DNA of 64,000 bases from Candidatus Levybacteria bacterium RIFCSPLOWO2_01_FULL_38_21 (GCA_001782475.1 MFOT01000024.1:42578-106577), one strand, 5' to 3'; positions 19,206-29,866 are shown, numbered from the stretch's first letter. Program-made: numbers and translations. Notes: a model not told the origin generated them from the sequence alone.

Positions 19206-20456
19206 ATGAATTACAAAAAGATTTTATCTGAAAAAATTAAAACAAGAAAAGCTGTTGTTGGCATTATTGGAATTGGGTACGTCGGTGGAGCACTTGCTCA
19301 AGGAGCTGCTACTGCAGGATTTCGGGTTTTTGGATTCACCAGAAGTACGACCCGCGCTAATCATGTTAACAAACAAAAAATCCATAATTATACCGCTACT
19401 ACCGACATTACTCTACTCTCAAAATGCAGTATCATTTGTATCTGTGTTCCTACTCCGATACACGAGAACAAGTCACCCGATCTTGAACCTCTTCAGGACG
19501 CGCTTTCGAAGACAGCCGAATATTTAAAACCCGGATCACTTGTTATTATCGAGAGCACCGTAGCACCCGGTACCACCCGAAATATTGCTCTTCCAATGCT
19601 TCAGACGTCAGGGTTAAAAAAAGAAGAAGAAGAGTTTTTTCTATCTTTTTCTCCTGAGCGAGTCGATCCGGGAAATAAAAAATATACTATATGTAATACT
19701 CCAAAAGTAGTAGCCGGTTTAAGCAACACATCCAGTGATCTTGCCTGTAAGTTTTTTCAGAGTTTTGTTGAAAAGGTAGTCCCCGTTTCCTCTATTGAGG
19801 CAGCCGAAATGTCCAAGATTCTTGAGAATACGTTCCGACTTGTCAATATAAGCTTTATTAATGAACTTGTTCCATACGCAAAAAGTCTGGGTGTTGATAT
19901 ACATGAAGTGATAAATGTGGCAGCCACAAAACCATATGGATTTCTGCCGCATTATCCCGGTCCTGGGGTTGGCGGACACTGTATCCCAGTTGATCCATAT
20001 TACCTGCTTTCGGATGCGCGAAAACGGGGAATCTCACTTACCATAGTTGAAGACGCAGGTAGAGTGAATGAAGAACAACCAAAAAAAGTAGTCACCAAAG
20101 CTCTTGAGATTTTGAAAAAAACAAACGGACACAAGGCAACTTACAAGGTTTTGCTTCTCGGGCTTACATATAAAAAAGACATCGGCGATCAACGCGAATC
20201 AGCATCGCTTAAAATTTGGAAACTCTTGGAAGAAAAGAATGTCAATGTTTCTTACCACGACCCATATGTACCTTCATGGAACGACCACGTATCTGTGGAG
20301 CTGACCGATAAAACGCTTTCTGAAAATGACGTTATTATTATCACGACAGACCATGAGAATATCGACTATGCAAAACTTACCTCGCATCAAAAGCCTATCC
20401 TTGATACACGTAATGTACTGCGCAAAAACGGTTTTCCGTTTGTGTATGGAATATGA
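19206..20456 (+). CDS. Nucleotide-sugar dehydrogenase (UDP-GlcNAc 6-dehydrogenase-like)
   Basis: GIGYVG, ICVPTP, ESTVAPGTT, SPERVDPGN, GVGGHCIPVDP. Confidence 0.92.
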   Translation: MNYKKILSEKIKTRKAVVGIIGIGYVGGALAQGAATAGFRVFGFTRSTTRANHVNKQKIHNYTATTDITLLSKCSIICICVPTPIHENKSPDLEPLQDALSKTAEYLKPGSLVIIESTVAPGTTRNIALPMLQTSGLKKEEEEFFLSFSPERVDPGNKKYTICNTPKVVAGLSNTSSDLACKFFQSFVEKVVPVSSIEAAEMSKILENTFRLVNISFINELVPYAKSLGVDIHEVINVAATKPYGFLPHYPGPGVGGHCIPVDPYYLLSDARKRGISLTIVEDAGRVNEEQPKKVVTKALEILKKTNGHKATYKVLLLGLTYKKDIGDQRESASLKIWKLLEEKNVNVSYHDPYVPSWNDHVSVELTDKTLSENDVIIITTDHENIDYAKLTSHQKPILDTRNVLRKNGFPFVYGI

Positions 20457-21394
20457 AACATGTTTTAGTAACAGGCGGCGCGGGTTTTATAGGCGCAAGT
20501 TTAGTTCGAAAGCTTCTTGAAAATGGCGATAAGGTTGTAGTAATTGATAATCTAATTACTTCAAACGGGGAAAGTATTAAACCGCTACTTAAAAATCCCA
20601 ATTTCAAATTTATCAAACGCGACATAATAAAACCTTTGCCTTCATCAATCATCAATCATCAATCATCAATTGGGCATATCTTCCATCTTGCCTGTCCGAC
20701 CGGCGTTCCGAATCTCACAAAACTTGCCAGAGAAATGCTACTTACCTCCGCGATCGGAACAATGAATGTTTTAGAACTTGCCAGAAAACACAAGGCAAAG
20801 TTTATATTCACAAGTTCTTCTGAAGTTTATGGTGATCCCAAAGTTTTTCCGCAGAACGAAAACTATACAGGCAATGTCAGCTCTGTAGGTATTAGAAGTC
20901 CATATGAAGAAGGAAAAAGATTTGCCGAAAGTCTGATTATGACTTACGTTCGAAAATATAATTTGGATGCAAGAATTGTCCGGGTGTTTAATACCTACGG
21001 ACCCCTGATGTCTATTAACGATACGCGCGTTATTCCAAAATTCTTAAAACAAATTAGTAAAAACCAGCCTCTGACAGTTCAAGGAGATGGCAGGCAAACA
21101 AGAACATTTTGTTACGTTGACGATCTAATAAAAGGTTTAGTTCTTCTTATGGACAAGGGGGGGGAGGGCGAAGTTTATAATCTCGGGAGTAACAAAGAAA
21201 TAAGTATAAATACCCTGGCTGGGCTCATGATAAAAATTACAAAATCTAAAAGTAAAACAATAAATATTAGTCGTCCGTCTCATGACCACAACCGCCGTCT
21301 CCCCGACCTGAGAAAAGCAAACAAACTTAATTGGTACACTAAGGTAGGCCTTGATGAAGGTTTAGAAAGGACCGTACGATGGTTTGGGTTTTAG
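20453..21394 (+). CDS. UDP-glucuronate decarboxylase-like SDR
   Basis: TGGAGFIG, HLACP, SSSEVYGDP, YEEGKR, QTRTFCYVDD. Confidence 0.9.
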   Translation: MKHVLVTGGAGFIGASLVRKLLENGDKVVVIDNLITSNGESIKPLLKNPNFKFIKRDIIKPLPSSIINHQSSIGHIFHLACPTGVPNLTKLAREMLLTSAIGTMNVLELARKHKAKFIFTSSSEVYGDPKVFPQNENYTGNVSSVGIRSPYEEGKRFAESLIMTYVRKYNLDARIVRVFNTYGPLMSINDTRVIPKFLKQISKNQPLTVQGDGRQTRTFCYVDDLIKGLVLLMDKGGEGEVYNLGSNKEISINTLAGLMIKITKSKSKTINISRPSHDHNRRLPDLRKANKLNWYTKVGLDEGLERTVRWFGF

Positions 21395-22602
21395 CGTTCC
21401 TTACGCTTGCAGGATATAATTTTTCTTTTTGGCTAATTGTAGGAATAGCTAGATTTTTGTTCGAGAGAATCCCGCATTCTGATAAAAGAAAGAGGGGTCG
21501 GCCGTCAAAACCAATTTTGCCAAAAGACGTTGCGGCAGTCATTCCCGCGCATAATGAACAACGAACGATCGCAAAAGCAATAAGATCTCTTAGGAAGATT
21601 TTACCTGTGGGAAATATTTATGTTGCTAGCGACTACTCAACCGATAAGACGGTTAAAATTGCCAGATCTTTTAAAGTCAAGGTTTTAGACATTAGACCAA
21701 ACAGAGGAAAAGCAAGAGCATTGGTTTACATAATGAAACGCTATCATCTATTAAGCCGCTTCAAAGCAATAATTATTCACGACGCGGACGTTGAGGTTAG
21801 TAAAGATTATTTGAAAAATGCATTGCCATTTTTAAAAGACCAAAACGTAGCGGCGGTAGCAACTCACGGAGTAACAAGACTTAAGAACTACAAAGTGCTT
21901 GAGAGATTTTATATTACTTATAGGTTGAGACTTTGGAGAATTCTACAATACGGAATGCGTTTTGGTCAGACATGGAAATACACCAATGTAACTTATATCA
22001 TCCCCGGCAGTTTATCTCTCTATAGAACGAGGGTTCTTAAGAAACTTAAAATTGATGCACCTGATCTTATTATTGAAGATTTTAATATGACTTTTGAGGT
22101 GCGCAGAAAAAAACTTGGAATAATTGCCTATAATCCATCAATTTTTGGAGTTCATCAGGACCCTTACACATTTAGAGATTATACTAAACAATTAAGACGC
22201 TGGAATTTAGGTTTTTGGCAGACAGTTAAGAAAAACGGCATTTGGCCAAGTCTTTTCTGGCTTTCTATGGGGTCTTTTCTCATAGAACTTCTTCTTTATA
22301 CGTTTTTCATATTGTCCGTGCCAATTTTAATATTTATTTTCATTCTTCATTCCTTCAATCCGATAAGCATTCCCCTTGTATCATCTTACTTAACATTCCT
22401 TGATCTTCTCATTGGACTATTCCTTATGGATTATGTCCTTACTATAATTGCAGCGGCTGCGGAGAGAAAACCTGAAATGCTTATTTATGGTCTTGGCTTT
22501 TTCTTTCTTCGCTATGTTGATGCTATCATCTATACATATACTCTGCCTTTGGCATTTCTGGTTAAATCGAAGGGCACGTGGAGCAGTCCGGAGAGAAAGT
22601 AA
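21379..22602 (+). CDS. Processive GT2 glycosyltransferase
   Basis: IPAHNE, DAD, IED and QLRRW motifs plus TM helices. Confidence 0.88.
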   Translation: MVWVLAFLTLAGYNFSFWLIVGIARFLFERIPHSDKRKRGRPSKPILPKDVAAVIPAHNEQRTIAKAIRSLRKILPVGNIYVASDYSTDKTVKIARSFKVKVLDIRPNRGKARALVYIMKRYHLLSRFKAIIIHDADVEVSKDYLKNALPFLKDQNVAAVATHGVTRLKNYKVLERFYITYRLRLWRILQYGMRFGQTWKYTNVTYIIPGSLSLYRTRVLKKLKIDAPDLIIEDFNMTFEVRRKKLGIIAYNPSIFGVHQDPYTFRDYTKQLRRWNLGFWQTVKKNGIWPSLFWLSMGSFLIELLLYTFFILSVPILIFIFILHSFNPISIPLVSSYLTFLDLLIGLFLMDYVLTIIAAAAERKPEMLIYGLGFFFLRYVDAIIYTYTLPLAFLVKSKGTWSSPERK

Positions 22603-23667
22603 TTAGAAAAGCAATTTAAGGGCTTTTGTAATGGTAGAAATCTCATCTTCAGTTAAGCTTGGGTGGATAGGAAGAGCAAGGGTCGTATTTGATATATCCT
22701 CTGCATTTGGAAAATCTTTCTTAGGCAATTTCAGGTAACGATGTAAAAGCTGATAGTTTTCAATGGGAATGACTGTTGAGATTCCTTTTTTTGCAAGATT
22801 TAATTTAAACGAATCTCTGGTTTTTTTATCTTTGAATTTAATTATAAAGCGATAGTGATTTAAATTTTTATCCTCTTTTTTTGGCCAAAACTCAATTTCT
22901 TTTTGTTTTTTAAGCACAGGGGTGTATTTCGAAGCAATATATCTTCTTTTCTTAAATAAATTATCAATCCTTTTAAACTGCACATTGCCAATAGCGGCGG
23001 CAAAATCTGTCAGCTGATAATTATATCTTACTCTGTAATTCTTACGACGATCATAATGGATCAGATCTCTGACGATTTTGTAATATTTTTTATTATTAGT
23101 TACAAGCATTCCTCCATGACCCGTGGTTATTACTTTTGTTGCATAAAATGAGAAGATGGTTATGTCTCCGAATGATCCCAGAGGTTTACCTTTATAGAAA
23201 CCTCCAAGAGAGTGCGCACAGTCTTCGACTATCAGAAGTTTAAATTTCTTGATCTCATCGATTTTTGCCGGAAATCCAAGAACATGAGGAACAATAATTG
23301 CTTTTGTTTTCTTATTAATTTTTTTCTTAATCTCCAGAGGATCAATTGTGAACCAATTTTTTTCAATATCTACGACTACAGGAGCAGCACCCATATAATA
23401 TATTGCGTTAAGAAGTGCAGTACAGACATAAGTTGGAACTATAACCTCATCTCCTTTTTCAACCCCGAGTGCGATTAGACTTAGATGAAGAGCGGCAGAA
23501 CCTGAACTTGTCGCAACGGCATATTTTCCTTTGACATAATTTTTAATATTGTTCTCAAGTTTCCTAGCTTCCTTATTTGGTATAAGCCACTTACTCCTCA
23601 GAGTCCTTGCAACTGCTTTTATTTCTTGCTCATCAAGGTAAGGCGTATTATGTAAAATCTGTTTCAT
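22603..23667 (-). CDS. DegT/DnrJ/EryC1/StrS aminotransferase
   Basis: SSGSAALHL, EDCAHSLG, FSFYATKVITTGHGGM. Confidence 0.93.
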   Translation of the reverse strand: MKQILHNTPYLDEQEIKAVARTLRSKWLIPNKEARKLENNIKNYVKGKYAVATSSGSAALHLSLIALGVEKGDEVIVPTYVCTALLNAIYYMGAAPVVVDIEKNWFTIDPLEIKKKINKKTKAIIVPHVLGFPAKIDEIKKFKLLIVEDCAHSLGGFYKGKPLGSFGDITIFSFYATKVITTGHGGMLVTNNKKYYKIVRDLIHYDRRKNYRVRYNYQLTDFAAAIGNVQFKRIDNLFKKRRYIASKYTPVLKKQKEIEFWPKKEDKNLNHYRFIIKFKDKKTRDSFKLNLAKKGISTVIPIENYQLLHRYLKLPKKDFPNAEDISNTTLALPIHPSLTEDEISTITKALKLLF

Positions 23668-23671
23668 AAAA

Positions 23672-25015
23672 CTAATGCTTCATTCCTCCGCTTAGAAAAA
23701 GAAGTGCATTTAATCGCATGCCTTCATTGGTAGAATAATCAGGGCTTCTTAGTGTAATTGTATTTTCCAAAAGATGTTTTTGATATCCTGGTTTAGTGGA
23801 GATAACCGCCGCCATTGCTGCTGTGGCGACAAAGGCTACCTCGACGTATTCAGTTTCCAGTGGGGTACCGGTTTTAGGATCATAACCTCCTCGGATTTGA
23901 TCTGGATTTTCTGTCTCAAAAAATGCATTAATCTGCTGTAGTTGAGCTATCGCGTCTTTATCTTCATACCATAGCGCTGCCATCCCTTGTCTCCATGGGA
24001 TACGAATTGCTTCATATCCGAATTTATCGTTGTTCCCTCCTCTTTGAGGCACCATACTTCCATCTGCAGTTGTCCAATCTGGCGGCAGAAGAGTTTGGCG
24101 TTTTGCTTTGATTGCAGCAAAAACTTGCCGTCCGGCCTCTGTGACGCGATCCCAATCGGTATTTCCTGTGTACTCTTTAAACAACTGATAATATGCAGGG
24201 GAATAGTATGAAGGGTTTGTTTCATAAAATCCTCCCCAATCATTCCCGCCTTTTAAAACATATGACCCCGGCTCAACGTCATGCTTTAAAATATTTTCAA
24301 TCATTCTCGTTGCGTCATCTCTGTATCCACCCCATATGTTATCAGCAATAATAAGTCCATAAGCTATATCCAGATCAGCGTCTGCTGCGGAACTATCATC
24401 AGCCGGAGTATTATCTGCATTTATTTCATTGCTCATAAGCCCATCCGAATTTAAATGAGACTTGGCATATTTCCATAACGAGTCAAATGTAGGCTTATCT
24501 TCAGCATTAACTGCGTATATCATACTGTATGCAACAACTTCTGAATTTGAATTTCTTTTATCTTTGTCCCATATCGCACGAAGTTCATCAGCGTCTCCTA
24601 ATCCCTCATTTCTAACCCAGGCGCTTTTCCATTCTTCGTATCCTTTTTGAAAAGCTTCTTTTGCAATTTGTCGTATTTCGGGATCAATTGAGATACCTTC
24701 TACTGGCGCTGTAGTAGTGGATTCTGTTACAGTTGGCGTTGTTGGGGGCCCTGCGGTGATAGTTGGTTCTGTTGTGGCTGACTCTGTTGTAATTGAGGTT
24801 GCTGTTGGATCTACTATTGGCTCCGCTGAAGGAATAACAGATACAGTGTCAACATTTCGCGTTGGGGCTGAACTACCTCCATTACTTGAAGAGCAAGCCT
24901 TCAGTGCTAAATCCAAGCCAGCGATCCCTGTTAATTTAAAAGCTCCTCTTCTAGAAATAACTGGACCATTTAACAAATGATCTAATTTTTCTGCTAATCG
25001 TTCAATTCTATCCAT
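23672..25015 (-). CDS. Glycoside hydrolase family 8 with twin-Arg/lipoprotein-like N-terminus
   Basis: NSEVVAY, SAADADLDIAYGL, NPSYYSPA, YEAIRIPWR; SRRGAFK...LKAC. Confidence 0.85.
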   Translation of the reverse strand: MDRIERLAEKLDHLLNGPVISRRGAFKLTGIAGLDLALKACSSSNGGSSAPTRNVDTVSVIPSAEPIVDPTATSITTESATTEPTITAGPPTTPTVTESTTTAPVEGISIDPEIRQIAKEAFQKGYEEWKSAWVRNEGLGDADELRAIWDKDKRNSNSEVVAYSMIYAVNAEDKPTFDSLWKYAKSHLNSDGLMSNEINADNTPADDSSAADADLDIAYGLIIADNIWGGYRDDATRMIENILKHDVEPGSYVLKGGNDWGGFYETNPSYYSPAYYQLFKEYTGNTDWDRVTEAGRQVFAAIKAKRQTLLPPDWTTADGSMVPQRGGNNDKFGYEAIRIPWRQGMAALWYEDKDAIAQLQQINAFFETENPDQIRGGYDPKTGTPLETEYVEVAFVATAAMAAVISTKPGYQKHLLENTITLRSPDYSTNEGMRLNALLFLSGGMKH

Positions 25016-25023
25016 AATTAAAA

Positions 25024-26160
25024 CTAATTCTTAAGCTTACCTACTTCTTCCCAGACTCTTGGGTCTTCTCCGCCCAATCTCCAGAAGGCAAGGCCTCCGA
25101 CTCTAAATTCCTTTGCCAAATCAAAACGGGCTGAAGCACTCTCTGAATTTTCGAACCATATTACATACTTTTGTCCACTTTGTAAATACTCAAGGTAAGG
25201 GCTTTTTGAAGGACTGTCCCATTTAGTCTCCGCTCCATTTTCTTGTGCGGTAGATAAAATATCGAAGAACTTAAGGTCGTCACTTATCCCTGCATAAGAT
25301 TTGTCTGATCCGACTCGCCATTTAACCCCATCAAGTCCTATGCCAAGAAAGACCTTCTCAGGCGGCACTCCTACTTCGCCAATTGCGTAACTTAGCACTC
25401 TTCTTATCCACCCAAATTCCCCGATTGAGCCGGGTTCTGAGAATAGTTCGTGCTGGGTATAGGTCATAAAATACATTTGATCTGCCGCTTTAGAAATCCG
25501 TAATAAATCCTGAGCATGTGCACCGTTGTTTTCCTGGGGGTCATTTTCTGAAGTCTTAGGGTGGATAGCAACTCCCAATACTTTCCCCTTTTTATGTAAG
25601 CTTTTCGAAAGTTCCTCAATAAATAGACTAAAGTTTTCCCTTTCTGATACCTTCAATGCTTCATAATCAATATCAATTCCATCTAAATTATTTTCATCTA
25701 CTAGAGTGAGCAAATCATTTATGTGCTTGACTCTTTTCTCTTGAGTTGAGATAACTCTGGCAACCCTGCTATCATCGAAACCCTCTCCTTCTCCATAGTC
25801 TACTAAATTCGCTACAACTGCCAACACTTTTACATTGTGCGCGTGAGCAAAATCTATTATTGATTTGTCGACAATTGTCGATTTATAAGTTCTGAGATTT
25901 CCGCTTGCATCGACTCTGTACCAAAAAAACGAAACAAAATCAAAAGCAGATGTGTTCTTTGAGAAACTCTCAAACGCAGCTTCCTGATCCCAAAAAGGAA
26001 TCCATCCAATAACCTTCGGGTTAAATCTTAAAACTTGCTGGCTTGGCACTTGTTTTTCTTTATAAAATTTATGTCTGTTGTATGACATAGCAATTAATAA
26101 CGCAGTCCAAACTAAAAAAAATACTGCGGAAAATAATAAAAACTTTCTAAATCGCATCAA
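25024..26160 (-). CDS. Glycoside hydrolase family 18
   Basis: LDGIDIDYE catalytic motif; FWRLGGED. Confidence 0.9.
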   Translation of the reverse strand: MMRFRKFLLFSAVFFLVWTALLIAMSYNRHKFYKEKQVPSQQVLRFNPKVIGWIPFWDQEAAFESFSKNTSAFDFVSFFWYRVDASGNLRTYKSTIVDKSIIDFAHAHNVKVLAVVANLVDYGEGEGFDDSRVARVISTQEKRVKHINDLLTLVDENNLDGIDIDYEALKVSERENFSLFIEELSKSLHKKGKVLGVAIHPKTSENDPQENNGAHAQDLLRISKAADQMYFMTYTQHELFSEPGSIGEFGWIRRVLSYAIGEVGVPPEKVFLGIGLDGVKWRVGSDKSYAGISDDLKFFDILSTAQENGAETKWDSPSKSPYLEYLQSGQKYVIWFENSESASARFDLAKEFRVGGLAFWRLGGEDPRVWEEVGKLKN

Positions 26161-26797
26161 GTACCCACTTCTTTCCTTTGGTGAATAAATAGTGAATGCT
26201 TGAGTACGGGTACATTGCAGTTAAATTATTATTTACAAACTCATGATTTAAGCCTTGATTTTTTATTTCATTTAATCTTGTCTCATCCAAGTATTCTCTT
26301 GCTCCAACACCGGATAAATATATATCGCCTTTGTATTTCTTACATATGTTTATTAAAAGCTCATGTTTTATTCCCGAAACTTCCTCATCGATCACAACAG
26401 GTGTTTTTATGTTTAAAATGTCTCTGATCGTTAATATCATCTCAGCATTTAAATCTATAAGTCTCTTCCAATTTTTCTTGTAAACCGAAGTGATCTCTGA
26501 AATGTACTCCTTACCTTTGGATTTTCCATAAATCATCTCAAGCGTCTTTATGTGTTTTTTTCTCCAGTCAGCTTGGTTATTTATCAAAACATCCTTAACC
26601 TTTTGATTTTGCGACCCAAAAACCGGCACTGTAAGCCATATATCATTATTGAGTCCTTTTATTTTGTGTCTTTGCTGCCAACCTTCTTGCTTTTCAAATT
26701 GAAGATTACTAATTACGACAAAAAGGTCGGAAAGTCTCATTTTATTAAAGAATGCAAGATTAGGCAGAAAATTTGGCTGGTGAGCTGCTATTTTCAT
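26147..26797 (-). CDS. WbqC-like protein
   Basis: AHQPNFLP, WLTVPV, YLSGVGAREY. Confidence 0.9.
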   Translation of the reverse strand: MKIAAHQPNFLPNLAFFNKMRLSDLFVVISNLQFEKQEGWQQRHKIKGLNNDIWLTVPVFGSQNQKVKDVLINNQADWRKKHIKTLEMIYGKSKGKEYISEITSVYKKNWKRLIDLNAEMILTIRDILNIKTPVVIDEEVSGIKHELLINICKKYKGDIYLSGVGAREYLDETRLNEIKNQGLNHEFVNNNLTAMYPYSSIHYLFTKGKKWVLDAI

Positions 26798-27540
26798 AAG
26801 CCGTGCGCGTATCTATGAATAAAAAAACCTTCTGAGAAATCGTTGCCGCTCTGTGTCCCTCGAAGTTTTGCTAAGGTTTTAAGTGCTTCTGGAGAACGTG
26901 GATTTGGGAAGTTTCGAAGCTGAGATCTGTATAACCTTATTGCTTTTGATTTATTCTCAATCTCCTTTTCGTTAAGTGGAATAAAGAAATTCGGTATGAG
27001 CTGTTCTCCGCTATTCCAAAAATCTACCAATTCCTCATATCCCAGAACAATTGACACAAAGTGTTTTACATCTTTTTCCGAAGGACGAAGGCCTGCATGC
27101 GCTGCGTAAGCTGCGACCCGATGATCTTGATTGTACGAGTGGAATGATGGAAAAGCAACGATTGAGGGTCGGACCCTCTCAAGAGAAACAATACCTCCCC
27201 GCTCTATCGTATCCATTATCGGAAGTTGTCCGAGTCTATCGAGCTTTAGATGATATTTATTTCCAGGGAATGCGATGGCGTAATTATCGTATTTTAGAAA
27301 TGCCGCAACTTTTTTTATTTCTTTTTTCCGCTCTGAGGTTTTTGAGACTCCGTTTTTTGAAAAATCTTGGGCATCGCCCAGCGTCAAGAACAAGACATAA
27401 ACTTTCCCGCCTTCTTTTTTAATTTTTTGAATGAGTCCGCCGCACCCAATGACCTCATCATCCGGATGCGGAGCAATTACTAACAATCTCTGCCCTTTAA
27501 AATCCATCATGTAAAAGGGCAGTATCGCATAGGATATCAT
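26794..27540 (-). CDS. PIG-L family N-acetyl deacetylase
   Basis: APHPDDEVIGCGG, NQDH, YRSQ. Confidence 0.9.
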   Translation of the reverse strand: MISYAILPFYMMDFKGQRLLVIAPHPDDEVIGCGGLIQKIKKEGGKVYVLFLTLGDAQDFSKNGVSKTSERKKEIKKVAAFLKYDNYAIAFPGNKYHLKLDRLGQLPIMDTIERGGIVSLERVRPSIVAFPSFHSYNQDHRVAAYAAHAGLRPSEKDVKHFVSIVLGYEELVDFWNSGEQLIPNFFIPLNEKEIENKSKAIRLYRSQLRNFPNPRSPEALKTLAKLRGTQSGNDFSEGFFIHRYAHGL

Positions 27541-27582
27541 AGAAGAAAACTTCTTTCAAGAAGAATTTCTAGAATGAGAGGT

Positions 27583-28416
27583 TTATAATTTTTTCGCTAT
27601 CTTGTAGAGTCCGAATAAAACGGCAATAAGAAAAAGAATATTAATGACTATGTTTCCTCCAACTGCCTGATTTACGAAACCTCCGGCATTGGTAATCATT
27701 TTGGTAAATCCCTCAAGATTTTTCATTCCCAGATTGCCGGTTGCATTAAGGTATATAATAATACCTCCCGTTAAAAAGAAGATGATACTTGCTATTAAGT
27801 TACTCATAATTAGCGTTCTTTCCCTGCCAAGAAAGTGAAACTTAAGAACCGGTTTTCTAAGCACCATAAATCTATCCATCTTTCCCGAAAGAAAAACCGA
27901 AATGATAAGAAGAGGTGTTACCATCCCAAGAACATATAATGCGCCGATACCTAATGCGCCGAGAAAATTGGGTGAGAGAAAAGTAAGAGTCAGAATTCCA
28001 ATAAGAACCGGCGCGCAGCAGGCGCTTGTTATTCCGGAAAAAATACCCAAAGTGAAGATCGATAAAACATCTGTTTTCCCCGAAGCTCCTTGAGAAAGAT
28101 GCGGCATGGGAAGTTTAATATCAAGAAATGTTACTAGAGCTGTTGCAAGCATTACTAAACCGCCAATAAAGTAGATCGTATCATGATAGACAAACAAAGC
28201 CTTTGAAAGAAGAGCAACCCCTAGAACTGCAGGCATCATTACTATAAAGATGCCAAAGCCAAATACAAGCGTCATTAAAAGTACTTTTTCTTTTTCCTTA
28301 AATACACCACCAAGATAGGCAGGGAGAAGAAACGTTATGCAGCATGGAGCAAAAAGGGCAACAGTTCCTGCGGCAAATGCCGCGATAAGAGATGTCTGAA
28401 AAAGTGCATTTTCCAT
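27583..28416 (-). CDS. CcdA/DsbD-like transmembrane thiol-redox protein
   Basis: FAPCC...LPAY and SACCAPVL in TM helices. Confidence 0.85.
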   Translation of the reverse strand: MENALFQTSLIAAFAAGTVALFAPCCITFLLPAYLGGVFKEKEKVLLMTLVFGFGIFIVMMPAVLGVALLSKALFVYHDTIYFIGGLVMLATALVTFLDIKLPMPHLSQGASGKTDVLSIFTLGIFSGITSACCAPVLIGILTLTFLSPNFLGALGIGALYVLGMVTPLLIISVFLSGKMDRFMVLRKPVLKFHFLGRERTLIMSNLIASIIFFLTGGIIIYLNATGNLGMKNLEGFTKMITNAGGFVNQAVGGNIVINILFLIAVLFGLYKIAKKL

Positions 28417-29364
28417 TTATGCTCCGCACCCTCCCGGAGCAGCGAAACCTGGAATATTCTGTACTTGTTGGTGCACTTTTTGCATACCTTGCAAAGATGA
28501 ATACTCGGCTGCAAGAACTTTTTTTGCGTCAACGGTATTCCATTTTGCCCCTTGCTTATCAAGATATGCTGCAAGCTCAACGTATTGCTGAGGAAACCAG
28601 AATGAATTAAGCGCTAAAACGTCTTTGTATATTTGACGCTCAGACACACCTTGTTTTACCGCAAGCTCAATGTATCCTAAGGCTGCCATGCCGTGATTGC
28701 AGTCCGGAAATGATGTTGGATTACCACAACAAGGTCTATAAATATTCTGCGCTATTTTTTTAACAATTTCCTGTTGCTGTGGCGTTAGCTTAATAATCTC
28801 TTGCGATGAATAGAGTTGGCTGGTGGGTTTTGAGCCCAGATTCCATCCTCCGGTTGAAGCATAAGCCATGGGGTCTTTGTTTCCATACGTTTTCATTGCT
28901 CCCTCCGAAAGAATAGGATTTTTATTCACAAGTCCTAATGCCCATAATGTATTTACCATAAAACGTGAGTTTTTTTCACTAATCATCATGTGGTTACCAG
29001 ATGGATTATTAAGGTATTTCATCTGCTCTTTTGCAAAAGAATCCTGAGCAAACAACTCTGCGTATTTTACCTTATCTATTACGCCTGATGAAATAAGCTG
29101 TTTTCCAATATCGTTCCATTTTACCGAAAGTATATAGCCTTGTTGAGGCACTACCTGCTGCTTTAATATCTGCACAAATTCTTCGGGACTTTTTGTTTTT
29201 TGGTAAAGAGCAGCAATCTGGTTATTGAAGTTTCTTTTCATAAGATAGTATTCAAAAAGACCAACTGCCGCAGATGATTCGATTATCAATATTACTACCA
29301 GGTAAAGAGGGATTGCCTTATTAAGAACTGACTTTAACTTTTTTCTGGTCCTCTTACTTCTCAT
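28417..29364 (-). CDS. Membrane-anchored protein with Cys/His metal-binding motif
   Basis: RPCCGNPTSFPDCNHGMA; C-terminal GGCGA. Confidence 0.6.
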   Translation of the reverse strand: MRSKRTRKKLKSVLNKAIPLYLVVILIIESSAAVGLFEYYLMKRNFNNQIAALYQKTKSPEEFVQILKQQVVPQQGYILSVKWNDIGKQLISSGVIDKVKYAELFAQDSFAKEQMKYLNNPSGNHMMISEKNSRFMVNTLWALGLVNKNPILSEGAMKTYGNKDPMAYASTGGWNLGSKPTSQLYSSQEIIKLTPQQQEIVKKIAQNIYRPCCGNPTSFPDCNHGMAALGYIELAVKQGVSERQIYKDVLALNSFWFPQQYVELAAYLDKQGAKWNTVDAKKVLAAEYSSLQGMQKVHQQVQNIPGFAAPGGCGA

Positions 29365-29365
29365 A

Positions 29366-29866
29366 TTATTTAATAACTGTCCCTGTTAATGTAAAAGTTA
29401 ATTTTGAATTTCTGCTATCATTTGTTTCTATTAGAACAAATCTGTTGATTGGTCCAATTCCCTGCACTCCGTGAAAAGCCGGGTCAAAAATAGCAGTAAG
29501 CTTTGCTTTGTCTCCTGCAGGCACTTCCCCCACCCACGAAGAAATGCTATCCATGCCAAAGTCCGGACTATCCTCTTCGGCAATTGTTACGCGTGCCTTT
29601 GTGCAATGACATGATGTTTTTACATTAAAAACCTTAAGCACCCCGCTTCCTGCGTTTTTGATAGTAAAAGTTTTTGTTACATTTCCGCCGTTTATTGGTA
29701 CGTTGCCCAAGTCAAAGCTTGTTGGTTCTAAGGTATATGCTTTGGCGTCTTTTGAGGCACCTGCTTTCGGCGTATTATTTGTTGTTGAGCCTAGAACGAA
29801 TACACCGCCAAAAATAATAATAACCGTTATAACAATCACTAAGATGATCAACTTTTTTTCATTCAT
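29366..29866 (-). CDS. DUF1573-like Ig-fold protein
   Basis: FDLGNV, FTIKN, TSCHCT. Confidence 0.75.
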   Translation of the reverse strand: MNEKKLIILVIVITVIIIFGGVFVLGSTTNNTPKAGASKDAKAYTLEPTSFDLGNVPINGGNVTKTFTIKNAGSGVLKVFNVKTSCHCTKARVTIAEEDSPDFGMDSISSWVGEVPAGDKAKLTAIFDPAFHGVQGIGPINRFVLIETNDSRNSKLTFTLTGTVIK

